From: Mobula hypostoma
Taxonomy: Eukaryota
NCBI RefSeq assembly: GCF_963921235.1
Contig: NC_086107.1
Coordinates: forward strand, 116,376,001 to 116,440,000
DNA: 64,000 nucleotides
Reading direction: 5' to 3'
A model generated the notes under the pieces. It made no database searches, was not told where the DNA came from, and was given only the letters and a program-made list of their open reading frames with translations. Position numbers and translations under genes: made by a program. Shown here in pieces: positions 12,980-25,500 of the stretch (position 1 is its first letter; each line of letters begins with the position of its first letter).

Positions 12980-15900
12980 AGTGTGGAGGGAGATTCACTC
13001 TGTGTCATCCCGGGAGTGTGTGATGGGACGGTGTGGAGGGAGATTCACTCTGTGTCTGACCCCGGGAGTGTGTGATGGGACGGTGTGGAGGGAGATTCAC
13101 TCTGTGTCTGACCCCGGGAGTGTGTGATGGGACGGTGTGGAGGGAGTTTCTCTCTGTGTCTGACCCCGGGAGTGTGTGATGGGACGGTGTGGAGGGAGTT
13201 TCACTCCGTGTCTGACCCCGGGAGTGTGTGATGGGACGGCGTGGAGGGAGATTCATTTTGTGTCTGACCCCGGGAGGGTGTGATGGGACGGTGTGGAGGG
13301 AGATTCACTCTGTGTCTGACCCCGGGAGTGTGTGATGGGACGGTGTGGAGGGAGATTCACTCTGTGTCTGACCCCGGGAGTGTGTGATGGGACGGTGTGG
13401 AGGGAGTTTTTCTCTGTGTCTGACCCCGGGAGTGTGTGATGGGACGGTGTGGAGTGAGCTTCACTCTGTCTGACCCCGGGAGTGTGTGATGGGACGGTGT
13501 GGAGGGAGTTTCTCTCTGTGTTTGACCCCGGGAGTGTGTGATGGGACGGTGTGGAGGGAGCTTCACTCTGTGTCTGACCCCGGGAGTGTGTGATGGGACG
13601 GTGTGGAGGGAGATTCACTCTGTGTCTGACCCCGGGAGTGTGTGATGGGACGGTGTGGAGGGAGATTCACTCTGTGTCTGACCCCGGGAGTGTGTGATGG
13701 GACGGTGTGGAGGGAGTTTCACTCTGTGTCTGACCCCGGGAGTGTGTGATGGGACGGTGTGGAGGGAGTTTCACTCTGTGTCTGACCCCGTGAGTGTGTG
13801 ATGGGACGGTGTGAAGGGAGCTTCACTCTGTGTCTGACCCTGGGAGTGTGTGATGGGACGGTGTGGAGAGAGATTCACTCTGTGTCTGACCCCGGGAGTG
13901 TGTGATGGGACGGTGTGGAGGGAGCTTCACTCTGTGGCTGACCCCGGGAGTATGTGATGGGACGGTGTGGAGGGAGTTTCACTCTGTGTCTGACCGCAGG
14001 AGTGTGTGATGGGACGGTGTGGAGGGAGTTTCACTCTGTGTCTGACCCCGGGAGTGTGTGATGGGACGGTGTGGAGGGAGATTCACTCTGTGTCTGACCC
14101 CGGGAGTGTGTGATGGGACGGTGTGGAGGGAGTTTCACTCTGTGTCTGACCCCGGGAGTGTGTGATGGGACGGTGTGGAGGGAGCTTCACTCTGTGTCTG
14201 ACACCGGGAGTGTGCGATGGGACGGTGTGGAGGGAGATTCACTCTGTGTCTGACCCCGGGAGTGTGCGATGGGACGGTGAGGAGGGAGATTCACTCTGTG
14301 TCTGACCCCGGGAGTGTGCGATGGGACGGTGTGGAGGTAGATTCACTCTGTGTCTGACCCCGAGTGTGTGATGGGACGGTGTGGAGGGAGTTTCACTCTG
14401 TGTCTGACCCCGGGAGTGTGTGATGGGACGGTGTGGAGGGAGTTTCAGTCTGTGTCTGACCCCAGGAGTGTGTGATGGGACGGTGTGGAGGGAGTTTCAC
14501 TCTGTGTCTGACCGCGGGAGTGTGTGATGGGACGGTGTGGAGGGAGATTCACTCTGTGTCTGACCCCGGGAGTGTGTGATGGGACGGTGTGGAGGGAGAT
14601 TCACTCTGTGTCTGACCCCGGGAGTGTGTGATGGGACGGTGTGGAGGTAGATTCACTCTGTGTCTGACCCCGGGAGTGTGTGATGGGACGGTGTGGAGGG
14701 AGATTCACTCTGTGTCTGACCCCGGGAGTGTGTGATGGGACGGTGTGGAGGGAGTTTCACTCTGTGTCTGACCGCGGGAGTGTGCGATGGGACGGTGTGG
14801 AGGTAGATTCACTCTGTGTCTGACCCCGGGAGTGTGCGATGGGACGGTGTGGAGGGAGTTTCACTCTGTGTCTGACCCCGGGAGTGTGCGATGGGACGGT
14901 GTGGAGGGAGTTTCACTCTGTGTCTGACCCGGGGAGTGTGTGATGGGATGGTGTGGAGGGAGTTTCAGTCTGTGTCTGACCCCGGGAGTGTGTGATGGGA
15001 CGGTGTGGAGGGAGATTCACTCTGTGTCTGACCCCGGGAGTGTGCGATGGGACGGTGAGGAGGGAGATTCACTCTGTGTCTGACCCCGGGAGTGTGTGAT
15101 GGGATGGTGTGGAGGGAGATTCACTCTGTGTCTGACCCCGGGAGTGTGTGATGGGACGGTGTGGAGGGAGTTTCTCTCTGTGTCTGACCCCGGGAGTGTG
15201 TGATGGGACGGTGTGGAGGGAGTTTCACTCTGTGTCTGACCCCGGGAGTGTGTGATGGGACGGTGTGGAGGGAGATTCACTCTGTGTCTGACCCCGGGAG
15301 TGTGTGATGGGACGGTGTGGAGGGAGTTTCACTCTGTGTCTGACCCCGGGAGTGTGTGATGGGACGGTGTGGAGGGAGTTTCACTCTGTGTCTGACCCCG
15401 TGAGTGTGTGATGGGACGGTGTGAAGGGAGCTTCACTCTGTGTCTGACCCTGGGAGTGTGTGATGGGACGGTGTGGAGAGAGATTCACTCTGTGTCTGAC
15501 CCCGGGAGTGTGTGATGGGACGGTGTGGAGGGAGCTTCACTCTGTGTCTGACCCCGGGAGTGTGTGATGGGACGGTGTGGAGGGAGTTTCACTCTGTGTC
15601 TGACCGCGGGAGTGTGTGATGGGACGGTGTGGAGGGAGATTCACTCTGTGTCTGACCCCGGGAGTGTGTGATGGGACGGTGTGGAGGGAGATTCACTCTG
15701 TGTCTGACCCCGGGAGTGTGTGATGGGACGGTGTGGAGGGAGTTTCACTCTGTGTCTGACCCCGGGAGTGTGTGATGGGACGGTGTGGAGGGAGCTTCAC
15801 TCTGTGTCTGACACCGGGAGTGTGCGATGGGACGGTGTGGAGGGAGATTCACTCTGTGTCTGACCCCGGGAGTGTGCGATGGGACGGTGAGGAGGGAGAT

Positions 15901-18900
15901 TCACTCTGTGTCTGACCCCGGGAGTGTGCGATGGGACGGTGTGGAGGTAGATTCACTCTGTGTCTGACCCCGGGAGTGTGCGATGGGACGGTGTGGAGGT
16001 AGATTCACTCTGTGTCTGACCCCGGGAGTGTGTGATGGGACGGTGTGGAGGGAGTTTCACTCTGTGTCTGACCCCGGGAGTGTGTGATGGGACGGTGTGG
16101 AGGGAGTTTCAGTCTGTGTCTGACCCCAGGAGTGTGTGATGGGACGGTGTGGAGGGAGTTTCACTCTGTGTCTGACCGCGGGAGTGTGTGATGGGACGGT
16201 GTGGAGGGAGATTCACTCTGTGTCTGACCCCGGGAGTGTGTGATGGAACAGTGTGGAGGGAGATTCACTCTGTGTCTGACCCCGGGAGTGTGTGATGGGA
16301 CGGTGTGGAGGTAGATTCACTCTGTGTCTGACCCCGGGAGTGTGTGATGGGACGGTGTGGAGGGAGATTCACTCTGTGTCTGACCCCGGGAGTGTGTGAT
16401 GGGACGGTGTGGAGGGAGTTTCACTCTGTGTCTGACCGCGGGAGTGTGTGATGGGACGGTGTGGAGGGAGCTTCACTCTGTGTCTGACACCGGGAGTGTG
16501 TGATGGGACGGTGTGGAGGGAGATTCACTCTGTGTCTGACCCCGGGAGTGTGCGATGGGACGGTGAGGAGGGAGATTCACTCTGTGTCTGACCCCGGGAG
16601 TGTGCGATGGGACGGTGAGGAGGGAGATTCACTCTGTGTCTGACCCCGGGAGTGTGCGATGGGACGGTGTGGAGGTAGATTCACTCTGTGTCTGACCCCG
16701 GGAGTGTGCGATGGGACGGTGTGGAGGGAGTTTCACTCTGTGTCTGACCCCGGGAGTGTGCGATGGGACGGTGTGGAGGGAGTTTCACTCTGTGTCTGAC
16801 CCGGGGAGTGTGCGATGGGACGGTGTGGAGGGAGTTTCAGTCTGTGTCTGACCCCGGGAGTGTGTGATGGGACGGTGTGGAGGGAGATTCACTCTGTGTC
16901 TGACCCCGGGAGTGTGCGATGGGACGGTGAGGAGGGAGATTCACTCTGTGTCTGACCCCGGGAGTGTGTGATGGGACGGTGTGGAGGGAGATTCACTCTG
17001 TGTCTGACCCCGGGAGTGTGTGATGGGACGGCGTGGAGGGAGTTTCTCTCTGTGTCTGACCCCGGGAGTGTGTGATGGGACGGTGTGGAGGGAGTTTCAC
17101 TCTGTGTCTGACCCCGGGAGTGTGTGATGGGACGGTGTGGAGGGAGATTCACTCTGTGTCTGACCCCGGGAGTGTGTGATGGGACGGTGTGGAGGGAGTT
17201 TTTCTCTGTGTCTGACCCCGGGAGTGTGTGATGGGACGGTGTGGAGGGAGCTTCACTCTGTCTGACCCCGGGAGTGTGTGATGGGACGGTGTGGAGGGAG
17301 TTTCTCTCTGTGTTTGACCCCGGGAGTGTGTGATGGGACGGTGTGGAGGGAGCTTCACTCTGTGTCTGACCCCGGGAGTGTGTGATGGGACGGTGTGGAG
17401 GGAGATTCACTCTGTGTCTGACCCCGGGAGTGTGTGATGGGACGGTGTGGAGGGAGATTCACTCTGTGTCTGACCCCGGGAGTGTGTGATGGGACGGTGT
17501 GGAGGGAGTTTCACTCTGTGTCTGACCCCGGGAGTGTGTGATGGGACGGTGTGGAGGGAGTTTCACTCTGTGTCTGACCCCGTGAGTGTGTGATGGGACG
17601 GTGTGAAGGGAGCTTCACTCTGTGTCTGAACCCGGGAGTGTGTGATGGGACGGTGTGGAGGGAGTTTCTCTCTGTGTCTGACCGCGGGAGTGTGTGATGG
17701 GACGGTGTGGAGGGAGTTTCTCTCTGTGTCTGACCCCGGGAGTGTGTGATGGGACGGTGTGGAGGGAGTTTTTCTCTGTGTCTGACCCCGGGAGTGTGTG
17801 ATGGTACGGTGTGGAGGGAGCTTCACTCTGTCTGACCCCGGGAGTGTGTGATGGGACGGTGTGGAGGGAGTTTCTCTCTGTGTTTGACCCCGGGAGTGTG
17901 TGATGGGACGGTGTGGAGGGAGCTTCACTCTGTGTCTGACCCCGGGAGTGTGTGATGGGACGGTGTGGAGGGAGATTCACTCTGTGTCTGACCCCGGGAG
18001 TGTGTGATGGGACGGTGTGGAGGGAGATGCACTCTGTGTCTGACCCCGGGAGTGTGTGATGGGACGGTGTGGAGGGAGTTTCACTCTGTGTCTGACCCCG
18101 GGAGTGTGTGATGGGACGGTGTGGAGGGAGTTTCACTCTGTGTCTGACCCCGGGAGTGTGTGATGGGACGGTGTGGAGGGAGATTCACTCTGTGTCTGAC
18201 CCCGGGAGTGTGTGATGGGACGGTGTGGAGGGAGTTTCTCTCTGTGTCTGACCGCGAGAGTGTGTGATGGGACGGTGTGGAGGGAGTTTCTCTCTCTGTC
18301 TGACCGCGGGAGTGTGTGATGGGACGGTGTGGAGGGAGTTTCTCTCTGTGTCTGACCCCGGGAGTGTGTGATGGGACAGTGTGGAGGGAGTTTTTCTCTG
18401 TGTCTGACCCCGGGAGTGTGTGATGGTACGGTGTGGAGGGAGCTTCACTCTGTCTGTCCCCGGGAGTGTGTGATGGGACGGTGTGGAGGGAGTTTCTCTC
18501 TGTGTTTGACCCCGGGAGTGTGTGATGGGACGGTGTGGAGGGAGCTTCACTCTGTGTCTGACCCCGGGAGTGTGTGATGGGACGGTGTGGAGGGAGATTC
18601 ACTCTGTGTCTGACCCCGGGAGTGTGTGATGGGACGGTGTGGAGGGAGATGCACTCTGTGTCTGACCCCGGGAGTGTGTGATGGGACGGTGTGGAGGGAG
18701 TTTCACTCTGTGTCTGACCCCGGGAGTGTGTGATGGGACGGTGTGGAGGGAGATTCACTCTGTGTCTGACCCCGGGAGTGTGTGATGGGACGGTGTGGAG
18801 GGAGATTCACTCTGTGTCTGACCCCGGGAGTGTGTGATGGGACGGTGTGGAGGGAGTTTCTCTCTGTGTCTGACCGCGAGAGTGTGTGATGGGACGGTGT

Positions 18901-19205
18901 GGAGGGAGTTTCTCTCTGTGTCTGACCCCGGGAGTGTGTGATGGGACGGTGCGGAGGGAGTTTCACTCTGTGTCTGACCCTGGGAGTGTGTGATGGGACG
19001 GTGTGGAGGGAGTTTCTCTCTGTGTCTGACCGCGAGAGTGTGTGATGGGACAGTGTGGAGGGAGTTTCACTCTGTGTCTGAACCCGGGAGTGTGTGATGG
19101 GACGGTGTGGAGGGAGATTCACTCTGTGTCTGACCCCGGGAGTGTGTGATGGGACGGTGTGGAGGGAGTTTCTCTCTGTGTCTGACCCCGGGAGTGTGTG
19201 ATGGG
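12980..19205. repeat. 52-bp minisatellite, about 120 copies, in a PRRT2 intron
   Basis: Unit GGAGATTCACTCTGTGTCTGACCCCGGGAGTGTGTGATGGGACGGTGTGGAG. Confidence 0.98.
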
Positions 19206-19264
19206 GAGGGAGAGTGGGGAAATGGAAGGTGTGTTGAGGACGGCGGGGGTGGGGGTTAACTCAC

Positions 19265-19633
19265 CATGACGGAATAGACGAAGGCGACGATGTTGAGAGG
19301 CCAGATGGGACAGAAGCAGGAGAGGGCGGCCAGGAAGATGTAGTCGCGGGGTTTCGGCAGCTCCGCTCCATCCACGGTCTGCTGCGAGGCGGGACGGTAC
19401 AGGCTGGGGCGGGGCGAGTTTTGTCCGGCCGCGGGAGTCAGCTGGGAGACGGAGCCGGCCCTGGCCGCCCGCAGGGGTGTGTCCGGTAACACGGCGGAGG
19501 TGCTGGGCTGCTCCACGACCCCGTGGCCATTCGCCTCAGGCTTCGGCGGGCTGGCAGGGGCGCTGTCCGCAGGGCGGGGGCTCGGCTGAGGCGCCACAAC
19601 CTCCGGCAGCTGGCTGTCCGACGTCACGGCCAT
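19265..19633 (-). CDS. PRRT2: PRRT2 first coding exon (Pro-rich N-terminus and start of the CD225/dispanin domain)
   Basis: Reads MAVTSDSQL...[12 protein letters not shown]...[30 protein letters not shown], matching the PRRT2 motif [30 protein letters not shown]. A polypyrimidine tract and CTCAG acceptor end 2 nt before the ATG. Donor is ATG|GTGAGT at 19265/19264 (phase 0). Confidence 0.95.
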
Positions 19634-19644
19634 GGCTGAGTCGG

Positions 19645-20375
19645 GGAAGAGGGGAGGCGAGAGGAGTGTGAGGAGGGTGAGGAGGGTGAGGAGGGTGAGG
19701 GAGAACAGGCTGAGAGGGGGGCACGGGGGCGAGGGCTGGAGCGCAGAGGAATGGGAGAGGGTGAGGAGGAGAAAGGTGGAGGGGAAGAGGGCGGAGAGAG
19801 GGGCAATGAGGGTGGGGAGAGGTGAGAGGGAGAGTTGGGAGGGATGGAGGGGAGGCGGAGAGGGGTCGAAAGGGTGGAAGGAGGGAGAGTAGAGGAGATG
19901 GGGAGTTGAGGGGGAGAGGGAGATGGGGAGAGGGGAGTGGAGAGGGGGAGAGGGGAGTGGAGAGGGGGAGGGGAGAGAGCGGGGTGAGAGGGGGAGGGGA
20001 GAGATTGGCGTGAGAGGGGAGGGAGGGGGAGGGGAGAGGGGGAGGGAGGGGAGAGGGGGAGGGAGAGGAGAGGGGGAGGGAGAGGAGAGGGGGAGGGAGA
20101 GAGGAAAGGGTGGTAGGGGGTGAGAGGTGGAGTGGGGAGGGGACAGAAGGGGAGGGGAGAGAGGAGGGGAGAGGAGGGAGGGGAGATAGGCAGAGGGGTG
20201 AGAGGGGAGGGGAGAGAGGGGATGGGGAGAGAGGGGGTGAAGGAGGGGGAGGGAGAGAGGGGAAGGGGTGAGAGGGGGTGAAGGAGGGGGAGGGAGGGGA
20301 GAGAGCGGGGTGAGAGGGGAAAGGGCGGAAGGGTGTGAGAGGAGGGATGGAGAGGTTTGGGGAAGGGTTAAGAGA
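19645..20375. repeat. GA-rich low-complexity tract
   Basis: Almost pure purine on the plus strand, which gives a long polypyrimidine tract upstream of the PRRT2 acceptor on the minus strand. Confidence 0.9.
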
Positions 20376-20879
20376 GGCAGAAGACAGTTGAAAGTTCACA
20401 CCACAGACACGAGTCAGTCTGCCATCACACCCTGAGTGAGGTGGAAATGTGAGTGGTCACCTGGAGCGAGAGAGGGAGGCGAATGGACGATCAGGGAGAT
20501 GCGGGGATGCACCGTGCAGTGAATTAACCGTGTGTCAGGCCGGCTCGCCACCGGTCACCGTGTCTCCACTCCGTGACAATCATAAACCGACTTTACAATC
20601 CCAGCTTCTGCACCCAGTGGGTCCCATGCACAAACACGACCATCAGTGCTCCGTGCGTCCGTGTCCGTGTCCGTGTCTGTTTCTCTGTGTCTGGGCACGC
20701 GTGTTTGGGTGTGTGAGGGAGAGAGCAGAGGAAGTGGTGGAGAGAGGGGGAGGGTGAAAGGGAGAGGGAGGGGATTGTAAACGTGTGTGAACTGTGTATG
20801 TGCAGATTAGAATCTCACAACAAATGCAATCACACAGAAACAGGCCTGTCACACCAAACAGCCCACCCCAACCCACCTT

Positions 20880-22430
20880 GGAAATGTACATGTCCGAGCG
20901 TTAACCCCTGCCTCGACCACTTTCTTTGGCAGCTCGTTCCATATATGGACCACGCTCTGGGTGAAAAAGCTGCCTCTCAGATCCTGTCTGTGCCTCTTGT
21001 GGTTTTATACACGTCTGTAAGATCACCCCCAGCCCCGGTCTCCCGCGCTCCAGGGAATAAAGTTCCAATCTGCCCACCCTCTCTCCGTAACTCAGTCCCT
21101 TTAGTGGCAGCAATATTCTCCTGGATCTCCGCACCCTTTCCAGCTCATTCCCGTTCCATGCTGAATGGATGCGCTGAGGAGTGTGGTAGAACGGAGAGAT
21201 CTGGCAATCACAGAATCATAACTCCTTGACTCCTGAAGCACAGGTAGACAGAGTCAATGTCCCTGATGACTCAAAGTGCTGAGTACAGGAGATGAGATGT
21301 TCTGTTGAAGTTGTATAAGACATTGGCGAGGCTGGATTTGGAGTGTCGTGTAAAGTTTTGGTCACCTACCTAGAGGAAAGATGTAAATAAGGCTGGAAGA
21401 GTACAGAAACAATTTTCGAGGCTGTTGCTGAGTGGAAAGGACCAGAGTTAAAGAGAAAGACTGAATAAGTAAGGTCTTAACGCTTTGGAGTGCAGGAGAA
21501 GGAGGGGAGATTTGATACTCAGTTATGAGGAGTATTGATAGGCTTTTCCCACCTGCGGGGGAACTTCTTCACCCGGCGGATGGTAGGAGTGTGGAATGAG
21601 TTGCCAGTGGAAGTGGCGAATGTGATTTCAATCACAATGTTTAAGAGAAGTTTGGGTGGGGGGGTGGGGAGGAGGGTGCAGGGCCGATGGAACCAGGCAG
21701 AATGCATCTGTTTGGCACAGACTACATGGGCCAATGGGACTGTTCCTATCACCCTATGACTATAAATCTCCTCTGCATTCTGACCAAATTAATGGCATCT
21801 TAATTATAGCAGAGTGACCAGAACTGACAACAATGCTGCAAGTGTGGTCCCTCTAATCTTGTGCAAATGCAACATAACATAACCCCTGTACCCAGTGCCC
21901 TGACTGATGAAGGCTAGGGTTTCAAACACCTTCTCCTCCCTGTCTACCTGTGACTCCACTTTCAGGGAACCCGTGGTCTCTCTGTTCGACAATACTCCCC
22001 AGAGCCGTTCACTGTGAAAATCCTACCTTGATTTGTCTCCCGTAACACAACACCTTGCACTTATCAGAATTAAACTGCATTTGCCATTACTCAGCCCACT
22101 TTCCCAGCTGATCAAGAACTCCTTGTATATTCCAAGCAATTACCTTTAATATTCATCACATCAAATATGTCAGTACTGCCTGCAAACTTACAGAAAACAT
22201 CCTCCAAGCTAAGTTGTCAATAAAGATGACAAACAGCCATGGGCCCAGCAGTGACCCCTGGGGAACACCACTAACCATGGGTTCCCCAGTCCAGGAAACC
22301 TCTCACCTTCACCCTCTGCTTCCCACCATCGAACCCCTGTGTGTCCAATTCTCCAGTCCTGCCTGGATCTCCCATGGGATCTAACCTTACAGAGCAAGCT
22401 GCCATGGGGTAACTTACTGAACAACGGGAA
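20880..22430. mobile_element. Old CR1 fragments in both orientations in PRRT2 intron 1
   Basis: Remnants GLSYGERVGRLELYSLE (minus), NFFTRRMVGVWNELP (plus) and TLAFISQG (minus). Confidence 0.7.
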
Positions 22431-22586
22431 CAACTACCTTGGAAATGACCAGACAATGAGTAACCCATTAAAAAATCATTGTGTTCATAAAACATCATCT
22501 CCCATAGCAAAAGTAATTCTGGCTACACACAGCAAACATATCTATCAGATGCAGAAATCTTCACAAACTGATGGTGACATGAAATG

Positions 22587-25500
22587 AACAGTGACTCTGT
22601 ACAGTTACACAGTGACCCTCACCCTGAATAAACAGTCACTCTGTACAGTTACACAGTGACCCTCACCCTGAATAAACAGTGACTCTGTACAGTTGCACAG
22701 TGACTCTCACCCTGAATAAACAGTGACTCTGTACAGTTGCACAGTGACCCTCACCCTGAATAAACAGTGACTCTGTACAGTTACGCAGTGACTCTCACCC
22801 TGAATAAACAGTGACTCTGTACAGTTACGCAGTGACTCTCACCCTGAATAAACAGTGACTCTGTACAGTTACGCAGTGAGTGACCCTCACCCTGAATAAA
22901 CAGTGACTCTGTACAGTTACACAGTGAGTGACCCTCACCCTGAATACAGTGACTGTACAGTTACACAGTGACCCTCACCCTGAATAAACAGTGACTGTAC
23001 AGTTACACAGTGACCCTCACCCTGAATAAACAGTGACTCTGTACAGTTACACAGTGAGTGACACTCACCCAGAATAAACAGTGACTCTGTACAGTTACAG
23101 TGACCCTCACCCTGAATAAACTGTGACTCTGTACAGTTACACAGTGACCCTCGCCCTGAATAAACAGTGACTCTGTACAGTTACACAGTGACCCTCACAC
23201 TGAATAAACAGTGACTCTGTACAGTTGCACAGTGACCCTCACCCTGAATAAACAGTGACTCTGTACAGTTACACAATGACCCTCACCCTGAATAAACAGT
23301 GACTCTGTACAGTTACACAGAGACCCTCACCCTGAATAAACTGTGACTTTGTACAGTTACACAGTGAGTGACCCTCACCCTGAATAAACAGTGACTCTGT
23401 ACAGTTACACAATGACCCTCACCCTGAATAAACAGTGACTCTGTACAGTTACACAGAGACCCTCACCCTGAATAAACTGTGACTTTGTACAGTTACACAG
23501 TGAGTGACCCTCACCCTGAATAAACAGTGACTCTGTACAGTTACACAGTGAGTGACTCTCACCCTGAATAATCAGTGACTCTGTACAGTTACACAGTGAC
23601 CCTCACCCTGAATAAACTGTGACTCTGTACAGTTACACAGTGAGTGATCCTCACCCTGAATAAACAGTGACTCTGTACAGTTACACAGTGAGTGACCCTC
23701 ACCCTGAATAAACAGTGACTCTGTACAGTTACACAGTGACCCTCACCCTGAATAAACAGTGACTCTGTACAGTTACAGTGAGTGATGCTCACCCTGAATA
23801 AACAGTGACTCTGTACAGTTACACAGAGACCCTCACCCTGAATAAACAGTGACTCTGTACAGTTACACAGTGACCATCACCCTGAATAAACAGTGACTCT
23901 GTACAGTTACACAATGACTCTCACTCTGAATAAACAGTGACTTTGTACAGTTACACAGTGACCCTCACCCTGAATAAACAGTGACTCTGTACAGTTACAC
24001 AGTGACCCTCACCCTGAATAAACAGTGACTCTGTACAGTTACACAATGACCCTCACCCTGAATAAACAGTGACTCTGTACAGTTACACAGTGAGTGATCC
24101 TCACCCTGAATAAACAGTGACTCTGTACAGTTACACAGTGAGTGACCCTCACCCTGAATAAACAGTGACACTGTACAGTTACACAGTGACCCTCACCCTG
24201 AATAAACAGTGACTCTGTACAGTTACACAGTGAGTGACGCTCACCCTGAATAAACTGTGACCCTGTACAGTTACACAGTGAGTGACCCTCACCCTGAATA
24301 AACAGTGACTCTGTACAGTTACACAGTGACCCTCACCCTGAATAAACAGTGACTCTGTACAGTTACACAGTGAGTGACGCTCACCCTGAATAAACTGTGA
24401 CCCTGTACAGTTACACAGTGAGTGACCCTCACCCTGAATAAACAGTGACTCTGTACAGTTACACAGTGACCCTCACCCTGAATAAACAGTGACTCTGTAC
24501 AGTTACACAGTGAGTGACGCTCACCCTGAATAAACAGTGACTCTGTACAGTTACACTGTGACCCTCACCCTGAATAAACAGTGACTCTGTTCATTTACAC
24601 AGTGAGTGACCCTCACCCTGAATAAACAGTGACTCTGTACAGTTACACAATGACCCTCACTCTGAATAAACAGTGACTCTGTACAGTTACACAGTGACCC
24701 TCACCCTGAATAAACAGTAACTCTGTACAGTTACACAGTGAGTGACCCTCACCCTGAATAAACTGTGACTCTGTACAGTTACACAGTGACCCTCACCCTG
24801 AATAAACAGTGACTCTGTACAGTTACACAGTGAGTGACCCTCACTCTGAATAAACAGTGACTCTGTACAGTTACACAGTGAGTGACCACACCCTGAATAA
24901 ACAGTAAACCTGTACAGTTACACAGTGACCCTCACCCTGAATAAACAGTGACTCTGTACAGTTACAGTGAGTGATGCTCACCCTGAATAAACAGTGACTC
25001 TGTACAGTTACACAGAGACCCTCACCCTGAATAAACAGTGACTCTGTACAGTTACACAGTGACCATCACCCTGAATAAACAGTGACTCTGTACAGTTACA
25101 CAATGACTCTCACTCTGAATAAACAGTGACTTTGTACAGTTACACAGTGACCCTCACCCTGAATAAACAGTGACTCTGTACAGTTACACAGTGACCCTCA
25201 CCCTGAATAAACAGTGACTCTGTACAGTTACACAATGACCCTCACCCTGAATAAACAGTGACTCTGTACAGTTACACAGTGAGTGATCCTCACCCTGAAT
25301 AAACAGTGACTCTGTACAGTTACACAGTGAGTGACCCTCACCCTGAATAAACAGTGACTCTGTACAGTTACACAGTGACCCTCACCCTGAATAAACAGTG
25401 ACTCTGTACAGTTACACAGTGAGTGACGCTCACCCTGAATAAACTGTGACTCTGTACAGTTACACAGTGAGTGACCCTCACCCTGAATAAACAGTGACTC

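Noticed and set aside
19555..19580. REST/RE1 site in the PRRT2 exon
   Set aside because: Only the right half (GGACAGCGCC, minus strand) matches; the left half TCAGCACC is absent.
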